Below, in pieces: positions 26,394 to 36,500 of a stretch of 58,789 nt of DNA. Position numbers and translations under genes: made by a program. The notes under the pieces were generated by a model. The model was given only the letters and a program-made list of their open reading frames with translations, made no database searches and was not told the DNA's origin. How positions within the stretch are numbered: the first letter of the stretch is position 1; the number at the start of each line of letters is the position of its first letter. Origin of the DNA: Candidatus Peribacteria bacterium (lineage in GTDB: Bacteria; Patescibacteriota; Gracilibacteria; Peribacterales; Peribacteraceae); assembly GCA_943354555.1 (NCBI GenBank), contig CALRCM010000003.1, forward strand, positions 1 through 58,789. The letters are read 5' to 3'.

Positions 26394-27476
26394 TCACGGC
26401 AAATTCATCACCGCCGCATCAAACGTAAAGCAATGCTTGCCGGACGGATGATCCCAGAATGGGGCGTACTGCTCCCGATTTTCAAAGGAAAACACCGTAC
26501 AGACGGAGAAATGCGTGCGATCCACAACAGAATAGATGTACGGATTGCCTTCACCATCGATCACCGCAACCCTCTGACGCTCACTTTGTGCAGCTATTTC
26601 ATCCAGTGACTTTGGCAATGCCTTCAGAGGTCCAGAGGAAACAGGCTTGCTCCACCGATCGGGACCGTAGACGAGATCCAGTGTTGCTTCTGCAATCGTC
26701 CGGATGTCATTCACGCGTTGCGCATCGATCTTACGGAGACGCTCTGTTCCAGGGGATCCTGCGAGAATCAATCCATAGATAAACGAAGCGAGTACGGCAA
26801 CGGTAGCAACCGAACCGTATTTCTTATTGAGAACGCTGAGAGCTGCCGGCTCTATGCGCAGAGACTGGAAGTAGTAGAGGAATGTGGATCCGGTAACCAC
26901 AAAGACCACAAGAGCCTTCAGGAAGAATCGTAGGGTCATCTCACCATTGAGAAGCGAGAAGATCAGGGCGATAACGTCGCCCATAAGCACGGAAGCGGCT
27001 ATAAAGAGTGTGAGGTAGGTCAGCCACCTGCGCACTCCCCCACTCACTTTCTCGGGGTGTGTCTTCAGCTCAGCGAGCAAAATACGGGAGATCCAGATAA
27101 AGAGCGGATAGGCGACGATGATCGCCGAAAGCGACCAGCGGATAGAGGTGCGGAACCCTTCCTCGGTTGCGTAGGGTTCAAGCGCGACGTCCGGAAGCCA
27201 GCGATTGATATAGGCATAGGCGAGAACAAGGAAGCTGATGACAACGGTGTAGAGACCGGCAAATGTGAGCAGATGATAAAACGCATCACGAGCACCTCCA
27301 GCATCGGCAGGAATAGGAACAGGCATATCGAGGCCTTGCTCAGCTGTTGCTGCGGCAATGTCTCTCTCTTTCCATCCGGCGGAAAGTAGTAGCATACGGA
27401 TCGTCTGGTGATCCATGCCTTTGGTTCTTGCGTGGGCAATAAAAGATTCGAGCGAAGAGTGGGTGGATTTGGTCAT
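26394..27476 (-). CDS. DUF5671-like membrane protein
   Basis: ARDAFYHLL, IRWSLSAIIV, RRWLTYLTLFIAA, GEMTLRFFLK, GSP..R..D..RV.D; start placed at MTKSTH. Confidence 0.72.
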   Translation of the reverse strand: MTKSTHSSLESFIAHARTKGMDHQTIRMLLLSAGWKERDIAAATAEQGLDMPVPIPADAGGARDAFYHLLTFAGLYTVVISFLVLAYAYINRWLPDVALEPYATEEGFRTSIRWSLSAIIVAYPLFIWISRILLAELKTHPEKVSGGVRRWLTYLTLFIAASVLMGDVIALIFSLLNGEMTLRFFLKALVVFVVTGSTFLYYFQSLRIEPAALSVLNKKYGSVATVAVLASFIYGLILAGSPGTERLRKIDAQRVNDIRTIAEATLDLVYGPDRWSKPVSSGPLKALPKSLDEIAAQSERQRVAVIDGEGNPYIYSVVDRTHFSVCTVFSFENREQYAPFWDHPSGKHCFTFDAAVMNLP

Positions 27477-27582
27477 AGTATGGTGATTGTAGGGGGATTG
27501 GGGAAGATGTACATACGAATGCACTATAGGAATGTACTCCAAGTGCAACAAATATAGGACGTACATCCAGAGTGTATCTTAC

Positions 27583-27632
27583 AAAAAAACGTCCGAGAGA
27601 GTTTGTAAGTGCGCGTCGCACCTCTCTCGGAC
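27583..27632 (-). terminator. Intrinsic terminator (minus strand) downstream of mini-ORF
   Basis: GUCCGAGAGAG-GUGCG-ACG-CGCAC-bulge-CUCUCUCGGAC-GUUUUUUU. Confidence 0.75.
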
Positions 27633-27701
27633 TAAGCTCGTCATTAGGCTTTTTCAGGGTGGGTACACCCCACCTTTCGGGTTAGGTTCCGCCTCGACAC
27701 C

Positions 27702-27743
27702 TCAGACGAACTGATGACGCGCGATCCAAGTGGATCGGGACAT
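27702..27743 (-). CDS. Putative leader/mini peptide MSRSTWIARHQFV
   Basis: Perfect SD AAGGAGGTGAT immediately upstream; 14 codons including TGA. Confidence 0.45.
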   Translation of the reverse strand: MSRSTWIARHQFV

Positions 27744-27842
27744 ATACATCACCTCCTTCCTTCAATAGAGATTGTGATGCTATTTGATAGTAAGATGATT
27801 TTGGATAGTGTCAATTTGATTGGAATACTAATATTCATGCGA

Positions 27843-28985
27843 ATGAAAATTCTCGTTGCCCTCTCCGGCGGTATAGATAGCTCTGTCGTTGCACATCTGC
27901 TCAAGCATGCGGGGCATGAACTGATCGCTGTGCGATTCCTCCTCTGGACGGATCCGCTAGCCCCTGCGCTTGCGGAAATCCTCCCCAGTAAGTGCTGCAC
28001 GACACAGAACGCGATGCGCGCGCAGAAGGTCGCAGAAACTCTGGGAATCCCCTATCACATCGTTGATCTCAGTGAGGAATTCAAGCGAACGGTCGTGGAC
28101 CCGTATCTTGAAAGTCACCGTAAGGGTCTTACGCCCAATCCCTGCATTGGCTGTAACCGCACGATCAAGTTCGGAAAGCTGATCGATCTCATGAAGGAGT
28201 ACGGATGTGAAAAACTGGCAACGGGACATTATGCGAGGATTGGGAATGAACCGTTGCACGTTGCAGGTTACAAAGAAACTCTTTGCAACCTGCAACCTGC
28301 AACTTGCAACAAATCAAACCGTTATGCTCTTCTCGAGGCCACAGATAAATCCAAAGACCAAAGCTATTACCTCTATGGACTCACGCAGGATCAGTTATCG
28401 CATTGCCTCTTTCCCCTCGGAGCAATGCAAAAATCGGAAGTGTATGCCCTCGCAAAGGAATTCTCTGTGCCGTTCGACGACACTTCCTACCGCGAAAGTC
28501 AGGATCTGTGTTTCTTTCCGGAAAAGACTCCGGAAGCATTTCTCAAGAGGCATCTTCAGGACGCGCTACATCCTGGACCAATCATGAGAAGAGATGGATC
28601 CGTCGTCGGAGCGCATGAGGGACTACCACTCTATACCTTCGGTCAGAGACGCGGACTGAAGATCGGAGGACTCAAAATTCCCCTGGAAGTCGTAGCGAAA
28701 GACGCGAAAAGCAATGCTCTTGTGGTTGCAGATCGGGGTACGGAAGTACTCCATGAAGTAAAACTGAAAGATATTGTCTGGATCGGAGAAGGGCCTGCAG
28801 AGTCAGTGGACATCCCCCTTCAGTGCCGCACTCGATCCCTCTCAAGGAAGCTAGAAGGAACACTGCGCTATACGGGTAATTCAGGAATGTTTACGTTCGC
28901 AAATCCACAACCTCCGCAAAGCCCCGGTCAATCGCTTGTGTTCTACAAAAATGAGGAAATTGTGGGAGGCGGAATTATGCAGTAA
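27843..28985 (+). CDS. mnmA: tRNA-specific 2-thiouridylase
   Basis: SGGIDS PP-loop, TPNPCIGCN, ATGHYAR, KDQSYYL, ESQDLCF, GQRRGL, PGQSLVFY. Confidence 0.97.
   Translation: MKILVALSGGIDSSVVAHLLKHAGHELIAVRFLLWTDPLAPALAEILPSKCCTTQNAMRAQKVAETLGIPYHIVDLSEEFKRTVVDPYLESHRKGLTPNPCIGCNRTIKFGKLIDLMKEYGCEKLATGHYARIGNEPLHVAGYKETLCNLQPATCNKSNRYALLEATDKSKDQSYYLYGLTQDQLSHCLFPLGAMQKSEVYALAKEFSVPFDDTSYRESQDLCFFPEKTPEAFLKRHLQDALHPGPIMRRDGSVVGAHEGLPLYTFGQRRGLKIGGLKIPLEVVAKDAKSNALVVADRGTEVLHEVKLKDIVWIGEGPAESVDIPLQCRTRSLSRKLEGTLRYTGNSGMFTFANPQPPQSPGQSLVFYKNEEIVGGGIMQ
28253..28310. repeat. Inverted heptamer array (GTTGCAG/TGCAACC) inside mnmA
   Basis: gttgcac gttgcag gttacaaaga-aac-tctt tgcaacc tgcaacc tgcaact tgcaac. 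Confidence 0.9.
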
Positions 28986-29154
28986 ATACTGCGAAGATTG
29001 CATTTTGTCTCCGGTATTTCCCCGTTCTTACTTTATCGCATACACTAGTGCATCCTGAGGCTTTTTCCGCTATACTATCACGATACCACTCGACCCCCAC
29101 CAGCATCGCGCAGAAGTACTTCCGGACGGCAGCATCGTACTTCCGGATATAGAC

Positions 29155-30399
29155 ATGCCATGTACGGAGATAGATATATCGGAATCACCAGTGGAGGAGG
29201 CGCCTTTTATAGCTGCACCAGAAACATCTTCGGAAATGATCTGGGAGATTGTGCAGGAAGATGTTGCGGAGCAACATATATCTTCTCCCGAGAACATTCT
29301 GCCATCCGTAGAAGAACCACAGGATGATAGATGCACACAAGAACCTTGCCAAAATCGCATAGACATTGATCCCGCACATGCCATCGCACTTCTCAAGTCC
29401 GGACAGCTCGCTGCATATAGAGCAGCAATCGGCGTTCTTCAGGAAAGTGCGAACCAGTATCGCGTCAGTGCGAAGGATGTCCGCGGAGCACTCGGGCGCA
29501 GCAAAGCAGGGCTCTGCGATGCAGGAACGTCACTATGGGTTTTTCTCACGCAACCGGTATGGATCGTACGAAAGAATGCCGAGCCTCGTAAGTACAGCCG
29601 CGGTACGCTCTTTGTCCTCGACACGGTGCGCTTTGGCGGTACGTTTGCCGCACTTTTCACGGCTATTTTTCTCACGCTGAACTATCAGAGCTTCTGGGAA
29701 ATCGTGCGTAGCAATATCCGGCCTATCCACTCCGTGCAAAACGAGCAGATGCTCGTATCAACAGTCGATGAGGCTCTCCGCAACAAGCTGATGAAAAGTC
29801 CTGCTCTTGCAGTTGCCGGCCGGAGTGCCGGAGATCTTCTGAGCTTCCTCCCCGAAGTGGGACCGCCCGACAACCGCATCATCATCCCGAAGCTCAATAT
29901 CAATGTTCCACTCGTCACACCCTCCTACCAGAATCTCCTGCAGGAAAACTGGGCGGGAGTGGAGGAGGATATCCAGTCCTCACTCCAGCACGGCGTTGTC
30001 CACTACCCGGGTACCGCGCGTCCGGGGCAAGCGGGAAACTTCTTCGTCACGGGCCACAGCTCCTACTATCCGTGGGCACCGGGAAAATACAAGAATGTCT
30101 TTGCACGCCTTCACGAGATGGACGTCGGAGACGAGTACTGGGTCTACTATGGTGGCGACCGCCACCGCTACAGAGTGGTAGAAAAAAAGGAAGTCAGGCC
30201 GAGCGATGTTACCGTGCTCGACCAGCCCCTCAGTCATCGAACTGCAACCCTCATGACCTGCACTCCGGTCGGTACGACCTTACGCAGACTCATCGTCACA
30301 GCAGAGGAAATTGATCCCCTCACAGGAGTGGCTCTGGATGTAGGAGAACAGGGGGAGCGCCAAAAGCAAAAACTCAATGTGGAGCAGTTGCCGATATAG
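29155..30399 (+). CDS. Sortase with long N-terminal extension and TM anchor
   Basis: GVVHYPGTARPG..GNFFVTGHSS (His), TLMTCTP (Cys), RRLIV (Arg). May start at ATA 29083. Confidence 0.92.
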   Translation: MPCTEIDISESPVEEAPFIAAPETSSEMIWEIVQEDVAEQHISSPENILPSVEEPQDDRCTQEPCQNRIDIDPAHAIALLKSGQLAAYRAAIGVLQESANQYRVSAKDVRGALGRSKAGLCDAGTSLWVFLTQPVWIVRKNAEPRKYSRGTLFVLDTVRFGGTFAALFTAIFLTLNYQSFWEIVRSNIRPIHSVQNEQMLVSTVDEALRNKLMKSPALAVAGRSAGDLLSFLPEVGPPDNRIIIPKLNINVPLVTPSYQNLLQENWAGVEEDIQSSLQHGVVHYPGTARPGQAGNFFVTGHSSYYPWAPGKYKNVFARLHEMDVGDEYWVYYGGDRHRYRVVEKKEVRPSDVTVLDQPLSHRTATLMTCTPVGTTLRRLIVTAEEIDPLTGVALDVGEQGERQKQKLNVEQLPI

Positions 30400-30428
30400 C
30401 AGGCAACAATAGGCTACAATACTCACGT

Positions 30429-30518
30429 GCCGCCGTGGTGAAATGGTAAACACGGGGGACTTAAAATCCCCTGCCCTCTTATAGGGGCTTGCTGGTTCAA
30501 GTCCGGCCGGCGGCACCA
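30429..30518 (+). tRNA. tRNA-Leu (anticodon TAA)
   Basis: Acceptor GCCGCCG/CGGCGGC-A-CCA, anticodon arm GGGGA-CTTAAAA-TCCCC, long variable arm, GGTTCAAGTCC. Confidence 0.96.
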
Positions 30519-30663
30519 CGTAAAAACGCTCGCAGTGCGCTGCTCGCGTTCACGTGGCACCGCCACTAACTCTAAATACATATGAGCAAGCGAAAGCACG
30601 AGAAGCGTTTTTACGTGTCGCGTGGGACGTGGCGAACGTAGTGAGCTACGTCCTTTACGCGAC
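30517..30663. repeat. Two palindromes directly after tRNA-Leu
   Basis: CACGTAAAAACGCT...AGCGTTTTTACGTG, then GTCGCGT-GGGACGTGGC...GCTACGTCCT-TTACGCGAC. Confidence 0.75.
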
Positions 30664-30721
30664 TTATGCAGCCGCTTCTCACTATTTTCTCTAGAATAGA
30701 ATTCCAATACAATCCTCCGCT

Positions 30722-30982
30722 ATGCATCACGTTTACCTTATCCAAAGCAAACCAAAAGGCATTTGGTATATCGGGTATACCTCTGACCTGAAACGCAGAC
30801 TAACTGAACACAAAGGTCACAAAAATGTTTCCACCTCAAAAGAAGCATCTTGGAAACTCATTTACTGCGAAACATATGTAAACAAGATGGATGCCCTTGG
30901 ACGGGAACGATTTTTAAAGAGTGGATCGGGGAGAAAATTCCTCAAAAAACAGTTGTTGCATTTTATTGCAGAAGAAGTATAA
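30722..30982 (+). CDS. Small stand-alone GIY-YIG nuclease family protein
   Basis: HVYLIQS..WYIGYTSDLKRRLTEH..WKLIYCE..A..RERFLKSGSGR. Confidence 0.92.
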   Translation: MHHVYLIQSKPKGIWYIGYTSDLKRRLTEHKGHKNVSTSKEASWKLIYCETYVNKMDALGRERFLKSGSGRKFLKKQLLHFIAEEV

Positions 30983-30999
30983 AAAAATTCAAGATACTT

Positions 31000-31473
31000 T
31001 CACTCCACCATCCCAAGTCCATTCGGAAACATTTCAAGAAACTCATCACGAGCATCCTCATAACTCATATCCCCCAAATCCTCCGGAAAAAGAATAAGTT
31101 TGTCGGACAGCATCATTTCGCTATTGATCACTTCAATCTGTCCATCTGCTTTTACAAACGCAAAGCAGCCCAATGCATCGACCTCTGCACGGGTAAGCAA
31201 GACAGCCTGCGGAACCGTACCAGTATCAAGATCGACCCGCATAACCGGACACATCTGGTCACTAAAGAGATCATTAATATACGCAAACGGCAATGCATCC
31301 TGACTGATTTCACCGTGCTCCCTGCGCTCATGCAATCTTTGTTCGAGAGGATTGAGGGAAGTGAGCTCATGTATTTTTTCTCCGGTCGCAGCAGCGATCA
31401 ACTCTGTCTCATGAGCACCAGCAGGCACTGGTGGCACCTCTGACTGCTGCTGAACATCTAGAGAATCACCCAT
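31000..31473 (-). CDS. Acidic hypothetical protein
   Basis: ORF with TATAAT 6 nt before ATG. Confidence 0.65.
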   Translation of the reverse strand: MGDSLDVQQQSEVPPVPAGAHETELIAAATGEKIHELTSLNPLEQRLHERREHGEISQDALPFAYINDLFSDQMCPVMRVDLDTGTVPQAVLLTRAEVDALGCFAFVKADGQIEVINSEMMLSDKLILFPEDLGDMSYEDARDEFLEMFPNGLGMVE

Positions 31474-31528
31474 ATGATCATTATATCTTAATTTAACAAA
31501 TTATCAATATTATGCTATAATTATATAA

Positions 31529-32524
31529 ATGTCCACACAAACACTCAATATAGTAATCCCATGGTTCCGCACAAAAAAGAGGGGGGCATCACTCGGCTGG
31601 GGCGCTTTGGGAGTCGCTATCATTGCCAGTTCTACGTCGGTGACATTTGCCGCAGCACTTGCAGGAGCGCTGTCACCACTCTCCATGCTCTTCATCTCCG
31701 AAGCGCTTACAATGCTTTTCACCGTACTTTCCTTCGGACTGGTTCCGATTCTATCGAGGCTTGCACGCATCAAAAAGCAATTCTGGATGCCTCTGATCCT
31801 TATCGGCATAAGCAATAGCGTCATCGCGCCACTACTCGCATTTACAGGTATCCGGATGACAGGCCCCATCAATGCCGAGCTCTTTATCCGCGTCGAGGAT
31901 ATCGTCCTTCTTCTTCTTGCAATACTTGTACTCGGCGAGAAGATGAAACGGCAACACATCTTCGGAGCGGTATGCGTTCTCTTCGGCGTAACGATCGTCG
32001 TACTTCGCGGATTTTCGCAATCCATGTCGCTATCCGCAGGAGACGCCTACATCCTTATCGCAGCAGTCTTCTACGGCTGCGGAGGAATTCTCTACAAACG
32101 TTATCTTCATCATATTCCGCCAGAGATTGTCGTCTTTAGCAGGACATGCATAGGTCTATCAGCATTCTTCCTCGCATCACCCTTTCTCCACCATACACTC
32201 ATGCAGGAGCTCAAAGCATTTCCGATGGGACTCGTCGTCGCACTTGTTGGATACGGATTTGTCTCAAGATTTTTAAACCTCTTCTGCTTCTACGAAGCTA
32301 TGGACAGAATGCCCGTACGAACAGTCTCTCTCCTACTGAATCTTGGCATCATCGTTTCGATTGCCTTTGCCAATATCTACCTCGGTAGTCCCATTGAAGC
32401 ATTTCATATCGCCGGTGCAGGCTTTATTCTCATCGGATCCGTTCTTATGGAATTGGAATGTTTCTCCCGCCACAAAATCCACTTTGCGGCACACCTGAAG
32501 CATAAGCACAGGAGCCACGTGTAA
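31529..32524 (+). CDS. DMT/EamA family transporter
   Basis: About 10 TM helices in two repeats, LAILVLGEKM motif; His-rich tail. Confidence 0.85.
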   Translation: MSTQTLNIVIPWFRTKKRGASLGWGALGVAIIASSTSVTFAAALAGALSPLSMLFISEALTMLFTVLSFGLVPILSRLARIKKQFWMPLILIGISNSVIAPLLAFTGIRMTGPINAELFIRVEDIVLLLLAILVLGEKMKRQHIFGAVCVLFGVTIVVLRGFSQSMSLSAGDAYILIAAVFYGCGGILYKRYLHHIPPEIVVFSRTCIGLSAFFLASPFLHHTLMQELKAFPMGLVVALVGYGFVSRFLNLFCFYEAMDRMPVRTVSLLLNLGIIVSIAFANIYLGSPIEAFHIAGAGFILIGSVLMELECFSRHKIHFAAHLKHKHRSHV

Positions 32525-32525
32525 T

Positions 32526-32635
32526 GGGGTTGATTGGGCTCGTTGGGTTTATTGGGTTTATGGACAATATATTCAATGCATCTATTTCTTCGTAACCCAA
32601 AAAACCCAATAAACTTCATCAACACAACAAACCCA
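32526..32635. repeat. Inverted nonamer array (TTGGGTTTA / AAACCCAAT) between convergent genes
   Basis: Directly visible. Confidence 0.75.
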
Positions 32636-33478
32636 CTATTCTCCGTACACCTCCTCCGCAAGCACGATGATCTTTGCGATTTCTGCGCGATTGATAGAAT
32701 CGTTTGGACCGAATGCACCCGTAGCGCTGCCATTCGCATCGGTATAACCGCCGACAATGTGATCCTCGTGGGCGGTGATGATAGCAGAGCGAAACTCTGA
32801 AGAGCTGTCCACGTCGCTGAAGGGACTTGCATCGGAATCACGGAATGTCACTCCATAAGCCTGCAGGACAGTGACGACAACTTCGGCTCGATTTGCGGGA
32901 CGAGTAGGTTCAACCGATCCATCGGCAAATACCGTCCAGTGCAGCGTCTCTGCACAGCGCAAGTACTCCTCAGACCATGTCCCCTTCGCCGCTGTATTGA
33001 GAATAGTTTTTGCACATGCACTACGATCAATACCAGCGGCTACGCTCACAATCTTGGCAAGTTGTTCGATCGTAACAGAATCCGCAGGACCAAACAGTCC
33101 AAGTGGCCTGCCATCTTCACTGCGGTATCCGGAAATAATTCCGCTGTCTGCTGCGGCGCGCACGTATGGTGCAAACCAACCATCACGTGGTACATCCGAG
33201 AGATCGACGGAAACACCGTCAATACGAATTTGCACAAACGGCGAATCACCTACATCCCCTGAGGTACGGTCTACCTCTACGGTCGATGCATCAACGGGCA
33301 GAAGATCTGACGAGGAGAGATCTTTGCGATCGCCTGTATCCCAATCGGCCTGCTGATCCATACGGAGCAGATCCTCGTCGAAACGATCAATATCATCTAC
33401 AAGATACTCCAGAGAGTCAGCTGCAAAGGAAAACGTAGTCGGAATACATACCAATAGGGCAATTGCAAGGAGGCGCAT
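32636..33478 (-). CDS. Secreted SLH-domain protein
   Basis: Signal peptide MRLLAIALLV..SFA; SLH repeats DVPRDGWFAPYV..GIISGY and FGPNDSINRAEIAKI. Confidence 0.88.
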   Translation of the reverse strand: MRLLAIALLVCIPTTFSFAADSLEYLVDDIDRFDEDLLRMDQQADWDTGDRKDLSSSDLLPVDASTVEVDRTSGDVGDSPFVQIRIDGVSVDLSDVPRDGWFAPYVRAAADSGIISGYRSEDGRPLGLFGPADSVTIEQLAKIVSVAAGIDRSACAKTILNTAAKGTWSEEYLRCAETLHWTVFADGSVEPTRPANRAEVVVTVLQAYGVTFRDSDASPFSDVDSSSEFRSAIITAHEDHIVGGYTDANGSATGAFGPNDSINRAEIAKIIVLAEEVYGE

Positions 33479-33505
33479 ACAGAAGTGTATGCACGAACCG
33501 AGTAA

Positions 33506-33537
33506 ATTTTCCATTTTCTATTTTGCATTTTCCACTT
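33506..33537 (+). repeat. Single-arm heptamer array (ATTTTCC-like) in divergent promoter region
   Basis: attttcc attttct attttgc attttcc acttcc. Confidence 0.7.
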
Positions 33538-33559
33538 CCTACACTAGGCTTGGCCAGAC

Positions 33560-36500
33560 ATGATCGAGCAAAAGGACGCCGGCTCCCAGGGCGCCCGTCA
33601 GGGCGGGGGGAGAGCGTTTTCCCATATCCGGACAATTCTGCTTCTGGGATCCGGCGCTCTCAAGATCGGAGAGGCAGGAGAATTTGACTACTCCGGAAGC
33701 CAAGCGATCAAAGCATATAAAGAGGAGGGGCTCAGGGTTGTCCTCATCAATCCGAATATCGCCACAAATCAGACAAGCTGGGGACTTGCCGATCGCGTCT
33801 ATTTTGAGCCAGTGACGCCCGCTTTTGTTGAGCGGATTATCGCCATCGAAAAACCTGAAGCGATTGCACTCAGCTTTGGTGGGCAAACCGCTCTCAACTG
33901 CGGCGTCGCTCTCGATGCTCAGGGCACGCTACAAAAATACGGTGTAGAAGTACTGGGAACGTCTGTCGAAAGCATCCGAAAAACGGAAGACCGTGCACTC
34001 TTCAATGCTGAGCTCAAATCTATCGGCGTAGATGTTCCGCGATCATACGCCTGCACCACACTCGATGAAGCCATGCAGGCAGGAAGGACTATCGGATGTC
34101 CGGTTATCGTCCGGGCCGCATACGCACTAGGAGGCAAGGGCAGTGGCAGAGCCATGAACGAAGAAGAACTACGGGATCTCTGCAAAATCGCGTTTGTAGA
34201 GTCTCCACAAGTTCTCGTAGAGGAAGATCTCACAGGATGGAAAGAGATCGAGTACGAAGTTGTACGGGACTCTGCAGATAACTGCATCACCGTCTGCAAC
34301 ATGGAAAACGTCGACCCACTGGGAATCCACACCGGAGAATCCATCGTTGTAGCGCCCAGCCAGACACTCGATAACGAGGATTATCAGATGCTTAGGAGCA
34401 TCGCTCTCAAGGTCATCCGTCATCTCCGTATTGTCGGTGAATGTAATATTCAATACGCGCTCGATCCGAAATCGCGGACGTATCGCGTCATCGAAGTGAA
34501 TGCACGACTCAGTAGAAGTTCTGCTCTGGCATCAAAGGCTACCGGTTATCCGCTAGCATTCGTCGCAGCGAAGCTAGGAATTGGCTACCTGCTACCCGAG
34601 ATCCGCAATGCGATTACGAAGACAACGTGTGCGGACTTCGAACCATCTCTCGATTACGTTGCGGTAAAAATGCCGCGCTGGGATCTCCAGAAATTTCGTT
34701 TTGTGTCCGATCAGGTGACGAGTGAAATGAAATCCGTCGGTGAAGTCATGGCGATAGGACGATCCTTTGAAGAGGCACTGCAAAAAGCCATTCGGATGCT
34801 CAACATAGGTGCTGACGGACTTTTCCATACCAAATTTATCTTCAAGGATCTCACGGCGGAAGTGAAGCGCCCAACTCCACGACGCATCTTCGCTGTTGCA
34901 GAGGCGCTTAGCGGCGAGTGGAATCCAGAGGAGACATCCATCGCCACTGGTATCGACCGTTGGTTTTTAGAGCGCATACATGCATGTGCAAAGCATCTGA
35001 AGCAGATGACCAAAGCCGGTGAGTCGATACCTCCTGATATGTTGCGGAAAGCCAAAATGATGGGTTTTTCAGATCGATCCATTGCGAGTTGCACCGGCAT
35101 AGATCCCGAAGCACTACGGACCAAGCGCATTGGCCTTGGCATAACACCGGTTGTAAAACAAATCGATACACTTGCGGGAGAATTCCCGGCCCAAACGAAT
35201 TACCTGTACCTGACATACCATGGAACGGAGCATGATGTGTGTTTCGATACAGACCAGTTGCGGGTTACGAGTTGCGGGTTACGAGATAAACTAGCAACGA
35301 GCAACCAGCAACCCGAAACTGTCGTTGTTCTCGGCGGCGGTCCGTATTCCATCGGATCTTCGGTAGAATTCGACTGGTGTTGTGTGCAAGCGACTCATGA
35401 ACTTCAGCGGCAAGGAAAGTTCGTCGCGATGATCAACAGCAATCCTGAAACTGTCAGTACGGATTTTGATGAATGTGACATGCTCTTCTTCGATGAGCTC
35501 ACCGACGAGCGAGTGCGTGATATTGCAGATCTTCTGCACCCTGAAGGGGTTGTGGTCTCCATGGGCGGACAGATTCCAAACTCTCTGGCTCCGAAGCTTG
35601 CATCTGCGGGAATTCCCATCCTCGGAACAGCCCCGAAAGATATCGACCGTGCTGAAGATAGACATAAGTTCTCTACCCTCCTCGATGAACTGCAGATAGA
35701 CCAACCAGCTTGGCAGGAATTTTCCGACCTGCGCTCAGCAGTGGCATTCGCGCAAAGTGTGGGTTACCCCGTCATCGTCCGACCGAGCTACGTGCTTTCT
35801 GGTGCATCCATGGCAGTCGTACATACGGATGCCGACCTAGAGGAATACATCAGTCTGTCCGCATATGTAAATAAGGAAGCCCCAATCGTCGTCTCAAAGT
35901 TTGAAGTGGGAGCGAAAGAGATCGAGCTCGATGGAGTTGCACAGAATGGAAAACTCCTGATCTACGCAGTTGCCGAGCACGTCGAGAATGCCGGCGTGCA
36001 TTCGGGCGATGCAACTATCGTCCTCCCACCTCAACGGGTAAACCTTGAGACGTTGCGACAAATCAAAACGGTAGGAAAGAATATTGCTGCAGGACTTTGC
36101 ATCTCCGGACCCTTTAACATCCAGTTCCTTGCAGTGAATAATCGGATCAAGGTTATTGAGTGCAATCTACGGGCTAGCCGCAGTTTTCCATTCGCGAGCA
36201 AGGTCACCGGAGAGAACTTTGCATCTCTTGCGACACAAGCACTCCTCGGTAAGGCTCCGACCGACCGACGCTACCAGACGCTGGATCTCGACCACGTCGG
36301 AGTAAAAGCAGCGCAGTTCAGTTTCTCCAGACTACGTGGAGCCGACCCACGTCTTGGCGTAGAGATGGCAAGCACAGGGGAAGTCGCTTGTTTCGGTCGA
36401 AATGCAGAGCAAGCCCTACTCACAGCCCTTCTTGCTGTTGGATTTACCATACCGAAGAAAAATATCCTTGTTACGGTCGGGCGCCTCGAGGATAAAGTGG

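Noticed and set aside
27690-27745. Hammerhead ribozyme (CTGATGA on + strand) or ykkC-type riboswitch (GTCCGAGAG)
   Set aside because: The GAAA core after stem II and the ykkC 5' and 3' conserved blocks are absent.
27714-27842. N-terminal extension of MnmA in the ORF track
   Set aside because: MnmA homology begins at MKILVALSGG; the upstream region is AT-rich promoter and mini-ORF sequence.
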